Source: an uncultured Phycisphaerales bacterium
Lineage (GTDB): Bacteria > Planctomycetota > Phycisphaerae > Tepidisphaerales > Tepidisphaeraceae
Direction: 5' to 3'
Assembly (NCBI GenBank): GCA_963755915.1
Contig: CAVWLP010000002.1
Location: 4,192,001 to 4,256,000, forward strand
Length of the DNA: 64,000 nucleotides
Made by a program: the position numbers and the translations under genes. The notes below the pieces were generated by a model. The model was not told the origin of the DNA. It saw only the letters and a program-made list of their open reading frames with translations, and made no database searches. Below, piece by piece: positions 55,976-64,000 of the stretch (position 1 is its first letter; each line of letters starts with the position of its first letter).

Positions 55976-57773
55976 GGGGTGGACTCCCTTCGGCTCTGCT
56001 CAGGGCAGGCCTGTAAAGGTTGTGCGGCAGGCAAAGCCTCCGCTTGGGTGATTGCGTCGCGTACGAACTGTCCGTAATCGGCCAGTCCGCGGATGATTGG
56101 ATGTTCCTGAACAAACTCGAAGTGTTGTTGAACCGGCGCGCCGTTTTGGTGTTCGATGAGCTGCCGCAGGGAGCGCAGGTGATACGCGCCATGCCCCAGA
56201 GCAATCTCGCAGGCTCGTTCCACGGCCGGTCGCGGCTGCTGATTGGCCAGCGACAGCAGCCCCATCAACACGCGCACGCCTTCGATGCCGCGATGCTGAA
56301 GCATTGACTGCGCCCACTGCGTGGCGTGCGGCCCGATGCATTCGATCCGCTGGAGAAGCCAGGTCGTTCCACGCTCGATGCCGCTGATCTTCTCCGGCAG
56401 GATATGGGCGTCTTGCGTCGAGAACCTGCCCGGCGGACGCTGCGCGTGCAGAGCGATCGCACGCATCTTCTGATCGAACAGCCGGACCGTGCGCCCGTCC
56501 CACCGCGCCCAGACCCGCTGGCCCAAAAACTCCGGCGGGACCGAATAGTACGCCCCCTTGATCTCCACGTGCCCGTCGCGGTGAACACTGCGCAACGCCT
56601 CGGTGAAAAGATCGAATCGCACCGGCGGCAGAGCCAACAGTGCCGGCTTCTCTACCTGCTCGAAGACTTCCTTCACCTGCCGCCGCGTCGTGCCGTGGAT
56701 GCGCGTGTCGGCCACGCTCTTCTCCCACGTCAGCAGATGCGCGTTCTGATCCGAGAGCGAGGCGAATTGCCGGCCTTTGAGAGCATTGCTCTTCACATAG
56801 CCGATGCCCCGCTCGATCTTCCCCTTGTGCCGCGGCGTGTACGGCTTGGTGGGCAGAATGGCGATTCCATAATGTTCGGCGAACGACCGGACCTTGGGAC
56901 ACAACTCCGCCTCGAACCAGTCCGCCCGCGTCACCGCCGCGCGAAGATTGTCGATCACCAGCGCTGACGGCATCCCGCCGAAGTGCGTAAAGGCATTTTC
57001 CAGACAACGCAGAAAATCATCGGTCGTCTGCCGCTCCACCGCCTCGGCGTACCCCTTGCGGCTGTGGCTCAGCACAATGCGGAAGACCCAGGTTGCTTTG
57101 CGTTTGCCGTCAGGACCGACCAGGGCGCACCCCGGCCGAAGTCCACCTGCGCCTCGGCTCCCGGCTCGCATTCCATCCGGCGAAAGGGCGCCGGCGCGGC
57201 AGCCGAGAGCTTCTTGATGAACCGGCGCACGCTGTAATAGCTGCCGGCATAGCCGTGATCGCTGGAGATGTCTTGATAAATCCGCTGGGCCGTCAGCCCG
57301 GCTTCCAACTTCTGAACAATGACCTCACGCCAGGGCGATGCCGTACTGACCGACCCGATGGGCGCGCCGGATAACCCGGTGGCGCGCTCTCCGAGCCGCC
57401 TGCGGCGAGCACCGTCGAGCCGCCTGCGGCGAGCACCGTCGAGCCGCCTGCGGCGAGCACCGTCGAGCCGCCTGCGGCGAGCACCGTCGAGCCGCCTGCG
57501 GCGAGCACCGTCGAGCCGCCTGCGGCGAGCACCGTCGAGCCGCCTGCGGCGAGCACCGTCGAGCCGCCTGCGGCGAGCACCGTCGAGCCGAGGGGCGCGC
57601 TGGCCGGTTTTGAATCCGATCCGGGCGCCGCAGGATCGCCGCCCGACAACCGGATGTGGCGTCCAACGGTCTCCCGGTGAACGCCGAGTTGGCGGGCGAT
57701 GTTCCGATTGGACCAGCCGCTGCGCAAGTGCCAAAATTGCTTGTACTTCCGCCATCTTGAGTTGATTGGCCAT
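55972..57773 (-). CDS. istA: IS21 transposase IstA (frameshifts near 57718, 57385 and 57123; contains a tandem repeat)
   Basis: MANQLKMAEVQAIL, HTH IARQLGVHRETV, PGAEAQVDFG, LSHSRKGY, IDNLRAAV, PRHKGKIERGI. Confidence 0.9.
57392..57590. repeat. Perfect 24-bp tandem repeat, 8 units plus 7 bp, inside istA
   Basis: Unit CGAGCCGCCTGCGGCGAGCACCGT with no spacers. Confidence 0.97.
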
Positions 57774-58867
57774 CCCACCATTGGCTTGCGGCAACCGCCG
57801 AAAGCCAAGGTCGATAACCCAATCTCCTGTGCCTCAAAATGGCCGGTTTTGGCGCGCCCTCAATTGGCCGGTTTTGCGCGCCCATGACAAAATACATCAC
57901 GTCCGGCTTGAAGGGCCAGGTGGATTTGTCTTTTGCGTAGGGATACATGTATTCGGCGGCCTGGTGCAATGTTTGGCCACTCGTAATGGCGAAATTCCAA
58001 AAGTTCTGGTCATCCGCGGAAATCACATGGCAGAGGGAGGTCATCTGGTCGAGATTGAACAGCGAATAGCCGAATGGCTTGGTACGGTGGAGTTCCTGCG
58101 GGAACGAGCCGTCGGGAGCCATTTGGGGGAGTAATTGCTCTTTGAAACGTCGGCGGCTTTCGTTGAACTGCTCGCCGGCGCCGACGAGCGTAGCAAAGGA
58201 CGCGACCTGAAGCCAATAACAGGTGGCGTGATTGTTTTTCGCTTTGCCTTCGGTAATGCCATATGGATGTGTAGTCATCCATTTCAGAAACTGGGTGAAC
58301 CAGTCATAGATCCCGGTGGAATCGGTTGGGCGGAGTTGTGAACGTGCGTTGAGGATCGAAATGGCTTTTGAGACTTCCACGAGATGGAGACTGTCGATGA
58401 GGCCGTAGGATCGGCCGGTGCAGAGGCCGTGAATGGCCTGCGAATATAACAGGCTGGGGTTCATGCGGGTGTTCTCATCGACGAACCATGCGACGAGATG
58501 GTTGACGGCGCGGCGGGAATATTTTTGGTCGCTCGTGAGCAGATAAGCCGCGGTCAGCGCGGGAACAGCAATGCTCATATGGATGAGCGCGTTGCGATGC
58601 TCATTGAAATTATTCGGGTTCGAGATTCCGTCGCGGTTTATGTATGGGCCATCGGGATTGGCAGGGTTAGGCCAGAAATAATCGGCTTCGGAATAATAGT
58701 CGTGGGAGCCGCCGGCGCTGCGGGCGGCGTGAAAGGAGGTGATGGTGACAGGGTCTGCGCAGGTGTTTGTCGGCCATGGACAACACGCGGTCGTGGTCGA
58801 GTTGGCGGATATCGTGTGCCGTAATTGGGGAACTGGCTGTGGCCGAAGAGGACATGCGGAGGCTCCG

Positions 58868-60335
58868 TCAATGTTCGGTCAGCTTGACGATCGCCGCGCT
58901 GGCGGCAGGGACCGTCAGAGCGAACTGTCCCGCATGCAGGGGAAGATGTAAAGCGGACCATTTTCCGGCCCACGAGGCGTCATCATTGATCGGCGCCCGC
59001 CCAGCGAGATACCGATTTTGTCGGCGATGTCGTGGCTGGCGATGGTGAGGAACTGGACCTCGCCATAGGTGTAGGGCTTGCCGGAGTCGATGACGACCGC
59101 TGCATCGCGACCGCCCGTGCCGTGCTCTTTGTTGATGAGCGTGATGTATAGGTCGTTATTAGAACCGACGACTCCGTAAGCGGTGGCGTTGAGTCCCACG
59201 GGGGACTGACAGTCGAGGTTGATCATTGAGCCGTGGCCGCCTATATCAAACGCTTTGATGGCGTAGCCAACGGGACAAACGTGATAACCACGCGCGGTTG
59301 AGAGATAGACCGCGTAACGGCACGGGGTTGAATCGGCGCCTGCAGCGACTTTGTCACCGGTATGGAAATTGATTCCGGCCGCTCCGTGTTCGGTCCACCA
59401 GTGGAGATAGTCCAAGGCCCAGAGTGCAGCGGTGAAGGTGTCGCTGACGCCCTCTTTTCCGCCGTTGAAGAAGCTGTTGGTTTCCTCGATGCGGTAGGGA
59501 AGATTGTCGGCGGTGACCTGTGGGACGAAGCTGTCGTAAACGGCCTGGTAGTGTTTTACCCAGTCGTCGGAGAGCATTTTGTCACGGGCCTCAGCTACGT
59601 TCGTGACTTTTCTGGCGCTGAGGCCGACGTACGCGTGCTCATAGATTCCCTTTACGTGGCTGGAGAGCCAAAATCACTTGCGAAATCGACGGCCCATTCA
59701 TAATGCCGATCGGTATTGGGGCCGCAGAATCGGGCCTCTGGAACGGCGGAGATAATCTGGTCAGTCAATTTTTTCCAGCGCACTTTGTACGCGGAATATT
59801 GCGTGAAATAGATGCTGGGTTCGTTGCCGAGCGCGAAGCAATCGAGGTCGTCGGCATATCGATCCTGGATGTACCTGACGATCGGGATGTCGGCGCTGGC
59901 GTCGGTCTGACCCTTGAAACGGAGGGTGTAGACTACTTTGACGCCTGCGGCATGGACGAACGCGAAGAGGCTGTCGATGTCGGCATCAGTGGGAATTTGG
60001 ATGGCAGGATTGTCTGCGGTGTTTCCGCCGATGCGCAGATGTCTGATGCCCAGGGTTTTAAAGAGCGCGATCAGCCGCTGGTTGTCGGGGCGAAAATAGT
60101 GGATTCCGTCGCCGTTGGGGAGCAGGATTTGGGTTTCGAGACTAAGTCCGCTGAAATCGGATGGTATGGGCGTCAGCGGCGCGGACCAATTGGGAGTGAT
60201 TATTGTCGACTCCTGAGCGCGGAGCGTGGCAGGGATCAGCAGCGTGACAACCGTTAGAAGCGACGCGATTTTCCAGCCCAAGACTCGGTTTGTTATCTTT
60301 AAATTCCCCGGAGTTCGAACGATGCAGCGGGCCAT
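58868..60335 (-). CDS. Secreted GH79-like beta-glucuronidase/heparanase (frameshifts near 59650, 59580 and 59000)
   Basis: Signal peptide, FSGLSLE, LRIGGNTAD, LGNEP (acid/base), IEETNS (nucleophile), GVSDTFTAALWALDY, GINFH. Confidence 0.85.
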
Positions 60336-60399
60336 CCTGCGCGGTTCCTACATAAAAAGCTGATATTTTGCCGGCGGATGCGTCCCTCCGGCGTTCGCG

Positions 60400-61344
60400 T
60401 TACAATCGGTTTGAGCGCTTGCGGCGGCCCAACAAGACGGCTCCCGCGCCGATTAATCCGACCGCGCTGGCCGGCTCCGGTACGAGCGTCTCGTTGAGAT
60501 TGTTCACACGAATATCGCTGCCGTCGCCGCCGTTGTTGTTATAGATGACAAATGCCGCCGGCCCTCCGGTCGTCATATTGATCTGCCCGCCATCGGCAAA
60601 GGTGCTCCCTTCGTGTCCAGCGCTGGTGATCGTGTAGTCGCCCAGATTGTCGTTCAAGGTGATCGTAATCGTATCGGCCGCACCGGTATTGACCGTCAGG
60701 GCACGTGAACTGCTTCCTGAGTGCGCGGCATCAGTCGAGTACAGGAGATACGGATTGCCCGAATTCGACGCATCCGCGTCCCAATACCCAGACGCCCCAC
60801 CGTAGGTGTACAAATCCAAGAGAACATTCCTCGAAGAATCGAGAAGCTCAAAACCAAGCTGGCTCGTCTGGGCTCCGCTGTTGAGCCCCCGAAGGTTGGC
60901 CAGCGATTCGGTAAACGAAAACGAGGCCCCAGCACCCGTGAGAGACGTAACGAAGGGGCGTGTCGCAGTCTCGATGCTGCTGCCCAGCGCCGCGCCGGTT
61001 GCGGTGCTGCTGCCAGGGTTCCCGTTGTCGTAGACGTCGAAGACCGGGGCCGGATTGCGCGTCGCATCGTTGGTAGAGCTGCTGATGAAAGCCCCGCCAT
61101 TGCCACTGGGGCTCGTGTTGGTAGCGCCGGTGCCCGTATAGTTTTCGACATCGGTGACCACCCAGGCGTTAAATCCCGTGCCGCCGTTTTCGGCGTTGAA
61201 TTCGGTTGTGGCCGTGTTGCCTGACCCTGCTGTGTAGGGTGAGTTGCTGGCAACATCCGAAGCAATAATGGAGGCGCCAGCCCGGTTGGTAAATGCGAAG
61301 CCGCCAACCGCAACCAACATAGATAGCTTTCGAATCCTCGACAT
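60400..61344 (-). CDS. PEP-CTERM sorting domain protein
   Basis: Signal peptide, low-complexity S/T/G/N body, LVPEPASAVGLIGAGAVLLGRRKRS; GGAGGAG RBS. Confidence 0.9.
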   Translation of the reverse strand: MSRIRKLSMLVAVGGFAFTNRAGASIIASDVASNSPYTAGSGNTATTEFNAENGGTGFNAWVVTDVENYTGTGATNTSPSGNGGAFISSSTNDATRNPAPVFDVYDNGNPGSSTATGAALGSSIETATRPFVTSLTGAGASFSFTESLANLRGLNSGAQTSQLGFELLDSSRNVLLDLYTYGGASGYWDADASNSGNPYLLYSTDAAHSGSSSRALTVNTGAADTITITLNDNLGDYTITSAGHEGSTFADGGQINMTTGGPAAFVIYNNNGGDGSDIRVNNLNETLVPEPASAVGLIGAGAVLLGRRKRSNRL

Positions 61345-62050
61345 GTTTTTCTCTCCTCCAGCGTGAATCGCTGCGCTGGCCTCAAGCAGGACCGTGATTT
61401 TGCCCTGTACGCCTTACTCAGAGTCAGTGCTAGACAATCCGAAATGAACTCTCGTGTGAATATGCCACAAAAGCGAGACGCCACTAGCCGATTTTGCGCC
61501 AAACTCTCTAGATTTCGCGTCGCGATCTGCACTCCTGACAAAATAGGCTTTTCAAGAGCGGTTGAATCGATTTGCCCAGGGGACGCGAAGCCGAGCGTGG
61601 CCGGCGGAGGCATATCTCGCAGGCGATAGTTGCACGATGGACAGTGATGAGGATGAATTTGAGTTAGAAGGCACGGACAACGGTGGAAGCCGCGCGAACG
61701 TCAAATTCGGAGTCCATCCACTTTTTATCCGCTCACATCGCTAAGCGTTAAAGGAGATGGAGCGCGACGGCCGTCGCGGTTCGGTTGGCGATGAAATGGA
61801 AGTCGACAATGGAGGGAACAAACAGCGAACGCGACCGGGTGATGTCAGCCCAAAAGTCATCTCGTCGATTAAACCTTGTAAACGGTATAGATCATTCAAG
61901 CCTGTCAGTTGCTCATTTGAAGTTCTCGACTGACGCAAATCCTAGAACCTTTTGCGCGAAATAACGTGGCCCCTTGTGGAAGCCGCATTAGATTAGTGGT
62001 GTCGGTGCGAGGGCAACTCGTCAGTCCAAATCTTGAAAAGCGGAGGAACA

Positions 62051-64000
62051 ATGAAACGGTGCCATTCTTCTCGGAGAAATGCGTTTTGTTCAAAGATCGC
62101 AGGCCAAAGCGCACCCCAAATCCCACTGGCTTGCTTTCGATGGGCGGCAGTCGCCCTTTTGGCTGCCGGAGCCAAATCAGCATTCGCGCAACAAGTCGAC
62201 ACATTCGACCCATCCCTCACAGGGCCGGCAACTGGCGTTCCACAGGACGGATCGGGTACTTGGGACGGTGTGACAGCGGAATGGTACAACACACCCTCCG
62301 GGACTTCAGGTGGCAGCGATGTGATATGGCCCAATGACGGTGTTACGATTGCCCAGTTTGGAAACCCCTCGACGACGACCGTCGGCCTGGGCGGAACTGC
62401 GGGAACCGTAAACCTGGCCGAAAATATTTCAGCCGGCGGGCTCATACTCAATCAGCCCACCAGCGGCAACTACACGATCAACGCTGCCTCCGACGACCTC
62501 GCCCTTGGATCAAGTGGCCTGGTTGTGAGTGGCGGTAGCCCCACGATTGCTATCGGGAATGGTGAAGACTTCACAAACAGCGGCGTCACCACGATCGGCA
62601 GCTCTGCCTATGCCTCCACCACCTTCACGGTGAGCGGACTGGGAACCTGGTCTACTGCGCCGAGCGGGTCCACGAGCTTCGCGGTCGGCAATGGCTCCAA
62701 CGCGAGCCTCCAGATGTCCAACCTTGCCAACTTTGTCTTCAACAATCCAAACTTCTCAAGTCCCACCGCCGGCGGCGAATTCGACGTAGGCGTCGAAGCC
62801 AACGGCGTAGCGAACGTCACCCTCGCCGCCAACAGCAGCATTACCGCCGCCATAGTGCGCGTCGGCGATTCGGAGGGCACGAGCGGCTCCGCAAGCACCA
62901 GCACGCTAAATCTCGGCAGTAGCAGCACAACCATTAATGCGGGCGTCATCAACATCGGCGGTGGAAACACCTCCGGGGAGGGATCAATCAACGGCCCCTC
63001 TGGAACTCCAGCCGCACAACTCGACAGCGGCATTGTTCAATTCGCCGGCGGTACCCGGCTCTCTCACCATCGGACCCATTGCCGGAGCCAGCGGTGCTCA
63101 AGCTCTTGGGCCGTTCATCAATATCGGCGTGGGGGGCAGCGGATCCACCAACGTCAGCGGTACCCTTAACCTCGACGGCCACAACGTAAACATCAATGCC
63201 GCAAGCCTCGATCTCGGCCAACGCATCTCTGGCTCCGGGAACACCGCCACCGGCGTCCTTTCCTTCGACACGGGAACCATCAACGTGGGAACGGTCTATA
63301 TGTCCCACGTCAACGGTTCAAGCTCGGGCGGCACCGGCACGTCAACCCTCAACATCGGCAGCTCCACCGCCAGCACCGAGCTTTTCGACGTCAACGGGAC
63401 GAATTACGTTAAAAACACCGACGACTTCACTTTGGCCTCTGCCAACACCACCTCCAGCACCGCTTATTTCTCAAACTCCGTCATCAATATCAACGGCGGG
63501 ACCGCACTGATCAATTCCAATATGTACGCGAGTCACACCGGTTCCCTCAACTCGACGCACGCCACGATCAACCTGCAGGGTGGAACATTGAATATGAATC
63601 TCAACGAGATCGGCGGCACCGGCGATTTCGTTTATTTCAATGCCATGAGCGGCACACTTGAAAACGTGGGAGACATCAACCGTAGCAGCGGAATCAGCGT
63701 TGGCCTTGTTAAGACCGGCACGGGAACTCTTACCCTGGCAGGGACCAACACCTGGACGAACCAGACCACCATCGATGCCGGAACTCTCCTCGCTGGCGCG
63801 GCCAATGCCATGGCGCCCGGCGCCGCGGTCGACGTGAGCAACGGCGTTCTGGATGTCTCGCAATTCGCCAACGCCGTGCCGTCCCTCACAATCAGCTCGA
63901 CTGCAACGCTCAACATTGGCATCGGAAATCTGCTCACTGACACTGGCGCCGCGGCGTTCAACGGTACGCTCAACATCTTGGGAACGCCTTCCGGTTCCTC
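62051..64000 (+). CDS. Large secreted protein with autotransporter-associated beta-strand repeats (partial; frameshift near 63055)
   Basis: Signal peptide ending SAFA, DGSGTWD, S/T/G/N-rich beta-helix, LVKTGTGTLTLAGTNTWTNQTTIDAGTL; runs off the window. Confidence 0.85.

Larger units (their letters stand above)
54963..57889 (-). mobile_element. IS21 family element 2 (2927 bp, 6-bp TSD AAATAC)
   Basis: Ends TGTCACGGGGCGCGCCAAAACCAGCCA and TGGCCGGTTTTGCGCGCCCATGACA; AAATAC at 54957-54962 and 57890-57895. Confidence 0.95.
54791..58855 (-). pseudogene. Alginate lyase family protein (PF05426-like) interrupted by IS21
   Basis: SAGGSHDYYSEADYFWPNP...YINRDG, WFVDENTRMNPSL, NNHATCY, RTKPFGYSLFNL; removing the IS restores DVMYFQYWPVRSPAWLF...RNLPIRQPVLWVDEV* (stop 54791). 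Confidence 0.9.

Noticed and set aside
57392-57590. CRISPR array
   Set aside because: The units are contiguous with no spacers, lie inside istA, and there are no cas genes in the window.
57325-58578. Alginate lyase fused to (RRCSPQAA)n repeats, as in the ORF track
   Set aside because: This is read-through from the disrupted lyase into IS21 element 2; the real C-terminus is at 54791-54962.
58855-58870. GH79-alginate lyase fusion
   Set aside because: The repaired GH79 frame ends at TGA 58868 and the lyase has its own GGAG and ATG at 58855.

Overview
High-GC bacterial window, most likely a planctomycete of the Phycisphaerae/Tepidisphaerales type (inferred from PEP-CTERM/dockerin surface proteins, a prepilin-type N-terminal gene and an ACIII-caa3 operon). 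Many genes carry 1-2 nt frameshifts, mostly in G/C runs, which look like uncorrected long-read errors, so I stitched them by eye and frameshift positions are approximate. Left part (1-31.5 kb, core-like): priA 5' end; an actABCDEF + SCO + caa3 (type A2) oxidase operon preceded by regB-regA and a perfect RegR/PrrA box; cysteine desulfurase, a degenerate Na/Ca exchanger homologue, an M50 protease, a Nudix hydrolase, a CPA2-USP antiporter, a TolB-like lipoprotein, leuA with a leucine leader-peptide attenuator, and tRNA-Pro(CGG). Right part (31.6-64 kb, accessory): a tRNA-Arg(TCG) att relic, a Wsp-like chemosensory operon, IS630, a membrane Ser/Thr kinase whose start overlaps the stop of a giant PEP-CTERM gene (IS21-disrupted), gene debris, and a PEP-CTERM/GH79/alginate-lyase locus disrupted by a second, different IS21. 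Best candidate for something undescribed: the two divergent IS21 elements share an 87-nt structured element with a compensatory base pair and a variable loop in the istB 3' tail, and each carries copies of its own end motif inside istA.
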